Assembly (NCBI RefSeq): GCF_900232105.1
Contig: NZ_LT934425.1
Span: 3,540,001-3,572,000, forward strand
Length of the DNA: 32,000 bases
DNA from: Candidatus Kuenenia stuttgartensis
GTDB lineage: Bacteria > Planctomycetota > Brocadiia > Brocadiales > Brocadiaceae
Reading direction: 5' to 3'
Every line of letters begins with the position of its first letter. The first letter of the stretch is position 1. The notes beneath the pieces are model-generated. The model saw only the letters and a program-made list of their open reading frames with translations, made no database searches and was not told the DNA's origin. Below are positions 18,309 to 26,881 of the stretch, in pieces. The translations under genes were made by a program, and so were the position numbers.

Positions 18309-18343
18309 ACTTAATGACTTAATGACTTAATGACTTAATGACT
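18309..18343 (+). repeat. 8-bp tandem repeat (ATGACTTA)n, about 4 copies, running into the start codon
   Basis: Sequence acttaATGACTTAATGACTTAATGACTTAATGACT. The last ATG is the start of the downstream CDS. Confidence 0.85.
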
Positions 18344-19471
18344 ATCCTCAGTGACTTAATCATCGAACGTATAAAAAATAAGGGGAACATTACATTTGCT
18401 GAATTTATGCAGATGGCATTGTATTATCCGGAATACGGTTATTACAACTCGAATGCTGTGTCAATTGGCAAATCAGGGGATTTTTATACAAGCCCCGCTG
18501 TTCACCGGATGTTTGGAGAACTTATCGCAGTCCAATTGGAAGAGATGTGGAGGATATTGGGGCGTGCTTCATTTACTGTTGTGGAAATGGGAGCGAATGC
18601 CGGTTGGTTATGTTATGATATTATGCGTTATATAAAAAATGAGTATCCCTGGTTTTATAAAAAAGTACAGTACTTTATTGTTGAATCGAATCCCCATCTT
18701 CGGGAAAAGCAGCAGGAACTTTTTTGCGGCAATCCTGTTTTTGACGAAAAACTTTCATGGCACTCATATGGAGAGGATGGGTTTTCATTTGACGCTGTTC
18801 AGGGCTGTTTTTTGTCAAACGAATTTATCGATGCACTGCCTGTACACCGGTTATTAGTAAAAGAAGGTGAAGTAAAAGAGATATATGTTGGGTACAATGG
18901 CAACGATTTTTATGAAATTGTTGGTGATGTTTGTAATCACGCATTAAAAGACTATTGCATCAATGCTGAAATGCCTTTAAGAGAGAGCCGGGTGCTTGAA
19001 ATAAACCTGGCCGCCCGTGATTATCTGAATCACGTTGCACAGAAATTAAACTGCGGTTTTGTGCTAACGATTGATTATGGAGACACCGCGCAGCGGCGTT
19101 ATCGGGACAACACAACGGGAGGTACATTGAGGTGTTATTACCGGCACAACGTTAACCATGATTATTATGAACGACTGGGAGAACAGGATATTACCGCGTC
19201 TGTTGACTTTTCTTTCCTGATGGACGTTGGGAAGGGGGCGGGGCTGGAGGTGACGGGATTGGTCAAACAATCCCATTATTTAATTGCTTTGGGGGTACTG
19301 GAGAAGTTAAATAACATTAGGAACAATCTTGAAACTGTATTGAAAGTAAAGAACCTCTTCCTGCCTGAAGGCATGGGAGAGGTTTTTAAGGCGCTGATTC
19401 AGCACAGGAATGTGAAAAATCCATGCCTGTCCAGCCTGAAACCTTTAAGTTCGTTAAAACCCGGAACATAA
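18338..19471 (+). CDS. SAM-dependent methyltransferase, MidA/NDUFAF7 family
   Basis: 'GNITFAEFMQMALYYPEYGYYNSNAVSIGKSGDFYTSPAVHRMFGELIAVQLEEMW...VVEMGANAGWLCYDIM' and 'SNEFIDALPVHRL' are family hallmarks. Confidence 0.9.
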   Translation: MTILSDLIIERIKNKGNITFAEFMQMALYYPEYGYYNSNAVSIGKSGDFYTSPAVHRMFGELIAVQLEEMWRILGRASFTVVEMGANAGWLCYDIMRYIKNEYPWFYKKVQYFIVESNPHLREKQQELFCGNPVFDEKLSWHSYGEDGFSFDAVQGCFLSNEFIDALPVHRLLVKEGEVKEIYVGYNGNDFYEIVGDVCNHALKDYCINAEMPLRESRVLEINLAARDYLNHVAQKLNCGFVLTIDYGDTAQRRYRDNTTGGTLRCYYRHNVNHDYYERLGEQDITASVDFSFLMDVGKGAGLEVTGLVKQSHYLIALGVLEKLNNIRNNLETVLKVKNLFLPEGMGEVFKALIQHRNVKNPCLSSLKPLSSLKPGT

Positions 19472-19720
19472 TGCGCTTTAATCGCGAAACGCGAAACACA
19501 AAAGAGGAACCACAGATTTCACAGATTGCACAGATTAAAAAAAGGAAGAGGAACCACAGATTTCACAGACTTCGTCGTGAGCGCAGTCGAACAATTGCAC
19601 AGATTAAAAAATCGTCACAAGCTTACAATTGTCTCTTCTTCCACCGGTAATCTACCGTCGACAGTCGGCGGTTGACCAATGACTAATGACCAATTTCATT
19701 AAAACAGAAAGGAGTAATTT

Positions 19721-19966
19721 GTGGAGAGCAAACAACCATTGGAAGTGGGATTGATTATGAATATCCTGACTGAGGCGATAAAAAGAGAAGAGGAATCATA
19801 TGAATATTATTATAATGCTTCATTAAAAGCAACAAAACCTGCGACAAAAAAATTGCTGCTTGAACTTGCAGAATGGGAGAAATCACATATTGAAGAACTA
19901 CAACATCATGTGGCGGAACTGAAGGCGCAGAAGGAAATAGACAGGGCAATTACCGGCGGTATATAA
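19721..19966 (+). CDS. Small rubrerythrin/ferritin-like protein
   Basis: 'LTEAIKREEESYEYYYNASLKATKPATKKLLLELAEWEKSHIEELQHHV' shows E..Y and ExxH ferritin-like helices. The gene is short (81 aa). Confidence 0.6.
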   Translation: MESKQPLEVGLIMNILTEAIKREEESYEYYYNASLKATKPATKKLLLELAEWEKSHIEELQHHVAELKAQKEIDRAITGGI

Positions 19967-19971
19967 CCCCC

Positions 19972-22019
19972 TTTCCGGAAAGATTTCAACAAAATCCTTA
20001 TTTTAAGCGGGTTTCCACAAATTCAAAATAATATGTAGTCGCAGAATAAATGGCCTATTTATTAATACAAATCCTTTATAACCCTATAAATACTGACTTG
20101 ACAAAATATTTTATTAATGATAGTGTAGTCAAAGAATATTGGGACTACATTATGCACCTTACTTATAGCGATTCTAAATACAAAGGGAAAACCTATAAAT
20201 CTTACTCTATTGCCGAATCCTACAGGGATGGCAAAAAGGTCAGAAAAAGAATACTTTGGCCCATCGGGAAACTTTCCGATATTCAAGCCGAGCAAATCAA
20301 ACTGATATGTAAAACAGTTGAAAACACAGATCAATTGCAGACTCAGCTCAAAGACGTTGCAGTCCTGGAAAGCAGGGCATATCTCGATATAGCCGTTGTT
20401 AATGAGTTGTGGAACCAGTGGCAGCTTGATCAGGCTTTTGACTACGATGTCACTGCAGGCGCCCTTCCTACCAATATGATTGCAAAGATACTGACTATTA
20501 ACAGGTGCACCGATCCGTGTTCTCATTATTCCATTCCTCATTGGGCGAAAAAGAGCGCGCTGGAGGACATTCTTAAAATTGATCTTTCAGGCCTAAATGA
20601 CGATAAAATCTATTATGAATTAGATAAAATACACAAAAACAAAATATCTATAGAGAACCACCTTTTTAACCAAACCTTCTGGAAACGTCCGGAATCCTAT
20701 AAATTTATCAACTACGACCTAACTACTTCCTACTTTGTGGGATATAACTGTGATCTATCGGCATTTGGCAAGGGCAAAATAGAGTGTCATGGCAGGCGGC
20801 AGGTCTTACTGGGTGTTCTTATCAACTCTGAGGGATATCCTTTCAAATGGGATGTATTCCCCGGGAACACCGCTGAGGTAAAAACCCTCAAACAGAATAT
20901 CAATGCCTGTAAAACCAGATTCAAATTGACTGATAAAAACGTCACCCTTGTATTTGACAGAGGCATAATCTCTGAGGACAATGCCAATTTGATAGAAGAA
21001 GCCAAACTCAAATACATCTCGGCATTGGATAGAAATCAGATACCCTCTTGCGGTGTCAGTTTAAAGTCTCTTAATGGGTTATCCATAGAAGATAAGGACG
21101 CCTCCGATATACCTATCCCGCAAGGGTTTTTAAACTATGATGATGAATTATACTACCATGACAATGGCGTCATAGGAAACAAGCGTTTTATTACCGGTTT
21201 TAATCCCACTTTATTTATAGAAGACCGCAATAATAGAGACGAGAAAATAACCTTTTTTAAGGATTATCTCAAAGAAGAGAATAAAAACCTTAAAAATGCC
21301 CAAAGAGACCGGCAATATGACGCAACAAAGAGCCGCATTGTAGATGAGCTGAAAAGGTTAAAGATTCATAAATATTTCGAAGACCCTGTTCTGACGTCCA
21401 TCACCGTTACCCATAGACTGAAAAACGGGCAGGTCAAATCCGTCAAAAGTTTCAAAATAGAAATCAAGCTGTTAACTGATGTTATAGCCGCAGATAGATT
21501 GTTGGATGGCGTATGTGTTTTTATCACTAACCATACAGAACGGGAAGATGGAGGTGCGTTTAAAGCAAAACCCCAATCTATAGTTAGAGCCTATCGGGAC
21601 AAGACAAAAATAGAAGATGTCTTTAAAAATGTAAAATCGTTCTTAAAAATCAGGCCCTTCTTTGTCAATACCGAGGCACATGTTAAAGCCGTCTATACTA
21701 TCTGCATCCTGGCATATTTTATAAACCGTTATCTATCAAACCAACGAAAGGCAATAGGAGAAAAAGATTTTTTAAACTCAAAGGAACTCTATGCGCCGTT
21801 CAAAGATATAGATATCGCCACTCTTGAGGCTAAAAATACCGGTGAAACCTTAAAGAAAGCCGTGAAACTTCCCGCCGTCACACAAATGCTATTGGAAAAA
21901 CTTGGAATGTCCAATGTTGTTTTCGGCCAGTAATTAAAAGACTTCCAAAAGACATGTAGTCGCAGAATCAATGTTTATAAGTGTTTGCCAAATTTGACTT
22001 TAGTAATTTCTTTCCGGAA
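19972..22019 (+). mobile_element. Insertion sequence, IS1634-like (IS4 superfamily); boundaries tentative
   Basis: Encloses the transposase ORF. Candidate short terminal match TTTCCGGAAAGA (from 19972) versus TCTTTCCGGAA (ending 22019). A subterminal direct repeat ATGTAGTCGCAGAAT(A/C)AATG lies at 20033 and 21954. Confidence 0.55.
20050..21933 (+). CDS. IS1634/IS4-type DDE transposase
   Basis: 'KTYKSYSIAESYRDGKKVRKRILWPIGKLS', 'GRRQVLLGVLINSEGYPFKWDVFPGNTAEVKTL', 'VTLVFDRGIISEDN...YISALDR', 'YRDKTKIEDVFKNVKSFLKIRPFFVNTEAHVKAVYTICILAYFI'. Intact frame. The native start may be an internal Met such as MHLTYSDSK (20152). Confidence 0.88.
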   Translation: MAYLLIQILYNPINTDLTKYFINDSVVKEYWDYIMHLTYSDSKYKGKTYKSYSIAESYRDGKKVRKRILWPIGKLSDIQAEQIKLICKTVENTDQLQTQLKDVAVLESRAYLDIAVVNELWNQWQLDQAFDYDVTAGALPTNMIAKILTINRCTDPCSHYSIPHWAKKSALEDILKIDLSGLNDDKIYYELDKIHKNKISIENHLFNQTFWKRPESYKFINYDLTTSYFVGYNCDLSAFGKGKIECHGRRQVLLGVLINSEGYPFKWDVFPGNTAEVKTLKQNINACKTRFKLTDKNVTLVFDRGIISEDNANLIEEAKLKYISALDRNQIPSCGVSLKSLNGLSIEDKDASDIPIPQGFLNYDDELYYHDNGVIGNKRFITGFNPTLFIEDRNNRDEKITFFKDYLKEENKNLKNAQRDRQYDATKSRIVDELKRLKIHKYFEDPVLTSITVTHRLKNGQVKSVKSFKIEIKLLTDVIAADRLLDGVCVFITNHTEREDGGAFKAKPQSIVRAYRDKTKIEDVFKNVKSFLKIRPFFVNTEAHVKAVYTICILAYFINRYLSNQRKAIGEKDFLNSKELYAPFKDIDIATLEAKNTGETLKKAVKLPAVTQMLLEKLGMSNVVFGQ

Positions 22020-22182
22020 CATGGGATATAAGGGACCTGCAATTTTTATTATACCGTAGCAGACGACAGTCGGCAAGTTGCAGACTGTGGACTGAACGAA
22101 TTCTAGTATAACGTTTCATTAAAATATCTACATTGATACCGTCATTTTTTTACGTACACATTTTAACGAGACGATGTACTAG

Positions 22183-22238
22183 CATTAAATATTTTGTTAA
22201 AAAGCACGCACTGACGAATGGAAGTGTGCAAAGAAATT
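22183..22238 (+). repeat. Left arm of 56-bp inverted repeat flanking the E1alpha gene
   Basis: CATTAAATATTTTGTTAAAAAGCACGCACTGACGAATGGAAGTGTGCAAAGAAATT. It matches the reverse complement of 23296-23351 with 4 mismatches. Confidence 0.9.
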
Positions 22239-22294
22239 GTTGACATGTTATTTCACAAGAATCTTCATTTTTATCATATAAAGCAGAGGCATAT

Positions 22295-23272
22295 ATGGAA
22301 ATAAAAAAAGACGATCTATTGCAGATGTATTATTACCTTAAATTAACGAGGAGGCTGGAGGATCGTGTAACCTCTCTCTACCATCAGGGGAAAATTATGG
22401 GAGGGGCATGGACGAGCAACGGTACAGAGGCGGTGTCTGTTGGATACGGATATGCGCTTGAAAAGGATGATATTGCCGCCCCTTATTTCAGGGACATGGG
22501 AGTATTCCTGATACGGGGTATTTCTGCAAAACGCATTATTGCGCAGTATTTCGGGAAAAAGACTGGCGTTACCGGCGGAAAAGAAGGCAATGTGCATATA
22601 GGTGATATGAAGTATGGCGTTGTCGGATTCCCAAGCCATTTGGCAGATAATTACCCCGTAGGCGCCGGTGTAGCCCTTGCCTTTAAAATACGCGGAGAGA
22701 AGAAGGTTGTGGCTGCGTGTACCGGTGATGGGGGCACAAGCCGCGGTGATTTTCACGAGGGGATGAATTTTGCTTCTGTGAGAAAATTGCCCATTGTTTT
22801 CTTCTGTAATAATAATCAGTACGCATATTCGACGCCGCTGCGGTTGCAAATGAATATCAAAGACGTCGCAGAACGTGCTGCCGCATACGGCATGCCCGGC
22901 AAAATTGTGGATGGCAACAATGTTGTTGAGGTTTACATGGCTGCAAAGGAGGCATATGAAGTTGCGAGGAATGGAGGAGGCCCTACGTTTATAGAGTGTA
23001 AAACCATGCGGATGCATGGTCATTCGGAACATGACAGTGCCAAATATGTGCCAAGGGAATTGCTGGAAGAGTGGAAGAAGAAGGACCCTATCACAAATAT
23101 GGAAAGGTATTTGACGGAAAAGAATATAGCAGGTAAAGAGGAACTTGACGGCATTGACTCCAGGGTAAAAAAGGAAATAGATGAAGCGGAGGCATTTGCA
23201 GAAGAGAGCCCGTATCCCGACCCCGCTGACGGCCTGAAAGGTGTTTATGCGACATCGGTAGAAACAAGATAG
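22295..23272 (+). CDS. Thiamine-dependent 2-oxoacid dehydrogenase E1 component alpha subunit (pyruvate dehydrogenase-like)
   Basis: 'TRRLEDRVTSLYHQGKIMGG', 'PYFRDMGVFL', 'TPP motif GDGGTSRGDFHEGMNFASVRKLPIVFFCNNNQYAYSTP', 'RMHGHSEHD'. Confidence 0.92.
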   Translation: MEIKKDDLLQMYYYLKLTRRLEDRVTSLYHQGKIMGGAWTSNGTEAVSVGYGYALEKDDIAAPYFRDMGVFLIRGISAKRIIAQYFGKKTGVTGGKEGNVHIGDMKYGVVGFPSHLADNYPVGAGVALAFKIRGEKKVVAACTGDGGTSRGDFHEGMNFASVRKLPIVFFCNNNQYAYSTPLRLQMNIKDVAERAAAYGMPGKIVDGNNVVEVYMAAKEAYEVARNGGGPTFIECKTMRMHGHSEHDSAKYVPRELLEEWKKKDPITNMERYLTEKNIAGKEELDGIDSRVKKEIDEAEAFAEESPYPDPADGLKGVYATSVETR

Positions 23273-23295
23273 GAATGGTCTTAGTACTTATTAGT

Positions 23296-23351
23296 AATTT
23301 CTTCGCACACTTCCATTCGTCAGTGCGTGCTTTTTGGCAAAAGATTTAATG
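23296..23351 (-). repeat. Right arm of 56-bp inverted repeat flanking the E1alpha gene
   Basis: AATTTCTTCGCACACTTCCATTCGTCAGTGCGTGCTTTTTGGCAAAAGATTTAATG, starting 24 nt after the E1alpha stop. Confidence 0.9.
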
Positions 23352-23491
23352 GTCTCTTATGCAGTTGGCAGTCGACACTCTACAGTCGGCAGTCGGCAAA
23401 TTGAAGATTGCAGACTGAGGACTGTTTTCGTTTTTTTTAGTTCTGGCTATACCGGCTTAGGATGCTGTATTAAATTTTTGGAAACTGAGAA

Positions 23492-24133
23492 ATGTATAAT
23501 ATAAAATTTTCAGAGGTTACAGAACGGCTGAAGGAAGTGCTGAATACCAAATCGGAAGATGATTTGGCAAGAAGCCTTGAAATAACAGCACAGGCATTTC
23601 TTTCCTTCAAAAAACAAAATGAAATCCCCTCCGAATTGCTCGTCCGTTTTTGCCTCTTAAACCAGGTATCCATTGACTGGCTTATTAAAGGAGAGCAGGA
23701 AAAAACGAGTGATTATGTGAGTATCCCTATATATAACGCCAAAATATTTTCGGAGGAAAAGGCAAAAGAACCGGAACATGCTGCGGGATTTATGGCGTTT
23801 AAAAACGATTGGTTAATGTCTGAATTCGGTGCGAATAAAGCGAAGCTTTATTTATTTCATGTAAAAGATGATTCCATGGAACCTACGTTAAAAAACGGTG
23901 ATGTTGTCATCGTTGACAAAAAAAATAATGTGCTGGACCGGGATGGATTGTATCTCTTGCGTACCGAAGGTGCGGCAGCGTTCATTAAACGAGTGCAGCG
24001 CCTTCCAGGCGGTAGTCTTCATCTGCTGTGCGACAATGCTACCTATAAACCCATTGAAGCAAAAACGGCTCAGATAGAGAATGGTGATATTGTGATTGTC
24101 GGCAGGGTTGTGTGGTCAGGCAAGCGGTTATGA
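23492..24133 (+). CDS. HTH (CI-repressor-like) plus S24/LexA-like peptidase-fold transcriptional regulator
   Basis: 'VTERLKEVLNTKSEDDLARSLEITAQAFLSFKKQNEIP...SIDWLIKG' HTH. S24 fold 'FHVKDDSMEPTLKNGDVVIVDK...DGLYLLRTEGAAAFIKRVQRLPGGSLHLLCDN' has the Ser and Lys in expected contexts. Confidence 0.8.
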   Translation: MYNIKFSEVTERLKEVLNTKSEDDLARSLEITAQAFLSFKKQNEIPSELLVRFCLLNQVSIDWLIKGEQEKTSDYVSIPIYNAKIFSEEKAKEPEHAAGFMAFKNDWLMSEFGANKAKLYLFHVKDDSMEPTLKNGDVVIVDKKNNVLDRDGLYLLRTEGAAAFIKRVQRLPGGSLHLLCDNATYKPIEAKTAQIENGDIVIVGRVVWSGKRL

Positions 24134-24195
24134 CGTGTAGCTTGCAGGAAGAAAAAATGAATCTATGAATCTATAGCAAGTAGAAGTCAGAAGTC

Positions 24196-24470
24196 GTAAC
24201 ACTTTAGTTTTTTGAAAAATTCCCGGGATAGAAAAAATACCATGTAGCCCTGTTAGGGGCGGTCTGTTTGTAGCGCAATAAAATTTAATAAGGTAAATAG
24301 CTCCGTAGGAGCGGCCTGTCCGTATTCAGGTAGACCTGTTTATATGGATTTACAAGAGACAGGTCGCTCCTAACAGAGCTAATCTCTGTTATAATATCCT
24401 ATTTTGCTACAAACAGGCTGCTCCTACGGAGCTTATAGGTAGTACATTTTTCAAAAAACTAAAGTGTTAC
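24196..24470. repeat. MITE-like element B (275 bp), inverted relative to element A
   Basis: GTAACACTTTAGTTTTTTGAAAAATTCC pairs with right-end reverse complement GTAACACTTTAGTTTTTTGAAAAATGTAC (about 25 nt near-perfect). The interior is homologous to element A. Confidence 0.85.
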
Positions 24471-24640
24471 CAGAGGTCAGATCTCTGATTTTTAAACAGC
24501 ACGGACAAACGGAGTTTGTTCGTGCCACCCTTATCTGTTTGATTATAATATAGCATGATTCGCTATTCCTGCAGAACCAATTGTCGATGTGTGAAAACAC
24601 CTTTAATAAAATATATGCAAATGTAAAAAAGGAGGCATGG

Positions 24641-25615
24641 ATGGGACAAATTACCTATCTTGAAGCAATAAGGGAAGCCATGGATGAAGAGATGTCCCGC
24701 GACCCAGGCGTGTTTGTTTTGGGTGAAGACGTAGGGGTATATGGCGGGGCGTTTCGGGCAACGGAAGGGTTTTATGAGAAATACGGAGAGTGGCGGGTGC
24801 TGGATACCCCTTTATCGGAATCAGGGTTTACCGGAGCCGCAATTGGCGCAGCCCTCGTAGGTATGCGACCGATTGTTGAAATGCAGTTTGCTGATTTTAT
24901 TTCCTGTGCTTTTGACCAGTTGATAAACGTGGCGGCAAAGTTTCATTATCGCATGGGCACCGCCGTGCCTATGGTTGTCCGCGCACCTTATGGCGGCAAT
25001 ATACATGGCGGGGCATTTCACTCACAGTGTATTGAGGGATATTTTTTTAATGTACCGGGATTAAAAATTGTGGCACCGTCGAGTGTGTATGACGCAAAGG
25101 GTTTATTAAAGGCAGCCATCCGAGACAATGACCCCGTGCTCTATTGTGAGCATAAGTACCTTTACCGGCGGATAAAAGATACGGTTCCGGAAGATGATTA
25201 CATCGTACCGATTGGTATGGCAAAGGTGGTTCAGGAAGGCACGGATGTATCGGTTATTACGTATGGAGCAATGGTGCATACGGCTATTGAAGCGGCAAAC
25301 GAAGTGAAGACGAAAGGTGTTTCTGTTGAAATTGTCGATTTGAGAACACTCCTGCCACTGGATAAAAAAACAATTTACGAGTCCGTTAAAAAGACAAACA
25401 AGGTGATCATTCTGCATGAACAGACAAAGACGGGCGGCGTTGGCGCCGAGGTATCCGCATTGATTTCCGAATATTGTTTTGATGATTTGGATGCCCCGGT
25501 CATTCGCATTGCTGCCCCGGATACCCCGGTACCATACAGCCCTTTAATGGAAGAAGCATTTATCCCGCAAACAAAAGATGTGGTAAATACTATAGATAAA
25601 ATAATACGTTATTAA
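24641..25615 (+). CDS. 2-oxoacid dehydrogenase E1 component beta subunit
   Basis: 'MGQITYLEAIREAMDEEMSRDPGVFVLGEDVGVYGGAFRATEGF', 'RVLDTPLSESGFTGAAIGAAL'. ATG 24641 preferred, with RBS AAAGGAGG at 24628-24635. Confidence 0.95.
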   Translation: MGQITYLEAIREAMDEEMSRDPGVFVLGEDVGVYGGAFRATEGFYEKYGEWRVLDTPLSESGFTGAAIGAALVGMRPIVEMQFADFISCAFDQLINVAAKFHYRMGTAVPMVVRAPYGGNIHGGAFHSQCIEGYFFNVPGLKIVAPSSVYDAKGLLKAAIRDNDPVLYCEHKYLYRRIKDTVPEDDYIVPIGMAKVVQEGTDVSVITYGAMVHTAIEAANEVKTKGVSVEIVDLRTLLPLDKKTIYESVKKTNKVIILHEQTKTGGVGAEVSALISEYCFDDLDAPVIRIAAPDTPVPYSPLMEEAFIPQTKDVVNTIDKIIRY

Positions 25616-25630
25616 TTTGGAGAAATATAT

Positions 25631-26881
25631 ATGACCGTTGATATAATCATGCCGCAAATGGGAGAAAGCGTCGCGGAAGGCACCATTCTTAAATGGCTGG
25701 TTAACGAGGGTGATTACGTTGAGAAGGAACAGCCGCTGGTAGAAATCAGCACGGATAAAATTGATACGGAAATACCTTCGCCGTCTGCCGGTATCATAAA
25801 GAAGATTCTTTACAAAGAAGGCGCTGTCCTGGCGGTTCAAACCGTTATTGCTCAAATTGAAGAGGGCGAAATAAAGGCGCAGGCCGGAACAGTGAAGAAG
25901 GAGCAGGAAGAGAAAGAGAGGATTGAAATATCTGAAACGGCGGCAATTGTCGGTGAACGTGAAATGCATGAAAAAAGATATTCTCCTTTAGTAAAAAAAC
26001 TGGCAAAGGAATATAACGTCAGTTTGACGGAAATAAAAGGTTCGGGCGAATTTGGCAGGGTAACCAAAAAGGATATAATGGAATATATCTCTTCAAAGCG
26101 GGAGATTACTGCTTCAAAAGAAAAAATTGTCAAAGAAGCGGAGCGTGAGACGCTTATTCCGTTGCATCCAAAACGCAAAATAACGGCGGAAAGGATGGCG
26201 CTAAGCAGACAAACAGCGGCGCTTGTAACTACTGTATTTGAAGTGGATATGACGCCTGTGACAAAATATCGCGAACTGAATAGAGAAGCGATGAAAAGGG
26301 AAGGCATACATCTTACCTATCTCCCTTTTATTGCATTTGCAGTCGTACAGGCTTTAAAAGAACATGTCGCCTTGAATTCATCGTGGACGGATAACGGCAT
26401 TTTGCAGAAGAATTATATTAATCTGGGCATTGCCGTTGCCCTTGAGGATGGGCTGGTTGTTCCCGTTATTAAGGATGCGGATAAAAAAGATATGTTTCAA
26501 TTAGCACGGGAAATTCAGGAAATAGCAGTAAATGCCCGCTCAAAAAAATTGAAACCGGATGACGTCCGGGGCGGGACATTCACTATTACAAATTACGGCG
26601 TCAATGGCAGCCTGTTTGGGACTCCCTTGATATTGCAACCCCAGTCTGCAATACTAGGCGTTGGGGCTGTGGTAAAAAGGCCGGTTATTCTCGGTGATGC
26701 TGACGCCATTGCCGTCCGGTCAATGGTATATCTGAGTCTTTCTTTTGACCATCGGGTAATGGATGGTGCGCATGCCGATGCATTTCTTCATAAGGTAAAA
26801 GATATATTGGAGACGTGGGGAGAATCTCTATATGAACAGAAAAAGCCTAATCCTCCTGGCGGATATGGTGGAGTATGGTGA
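25631..26881 (+). CDS. Dihydrolipoamide acyltransferase (E2) of 2-oxoacid dehydrogenase complex
   Basis: Lipoyl domain 'GDYVEKEQPLVEISTDKIDTEIPSPSAG'. Peripheral subunit-binding region 'SPLVKKLAKEYNVSLTEIKGSGEFGRVTKKDI'. Catalytic 'LSFDHRVMDGAHADAFLHKVK'. Confidence 0.94.
   Translation: MTVDIIMPQMGESVAEGTILKWLVNEGDYVEKEQPLVEISTDKIDTEIPSPSAGIIKKILYKEGAVLAVQTVIAQIEEGEIKAQAGTVKKEQEEKERIEISETAAIVGEREMHEKRYSPLVKKLAKEYNVSLTEIKGSGEFGRVTKKDIMEYISSKREITASKEKIVKEAERETLIPLHPKRKITAERMALSRQTAALVTTVFEVDMTPVTKYRELNREAMKREGIHLTYLPFIAFAVVQALKEHVALNSSWTDNGILQKNYINLGIAVALEDGLVVPVIKDADKKDMFQLAREIQEIAVNARSKKLKPDDVRGGTFTITNYGVNGSLFGTPLILQPQSAILGVGAVVKRPVILGDADAIAVRSMVYLSLSFDHRVMDGAHADAFLHKVKDILETWGESLYEQKKPNPPGGYGGVW

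Noticed and set aside
23492-24133. Evidence of a prophage
   Set aside because: The CI-like regulator is the only phage-like gene in the window. Neighbours are housekeeping genes and no integrase, capsid or lysis genes are seen.
24196-24470. Possible retron or structured RNA of a defence system next to the S24 regulator
   Set aside because: No reverse transcriptase or effector gene is adjacent. The TIRs and a homologous copy elsewhere support a MITE-like element instead.
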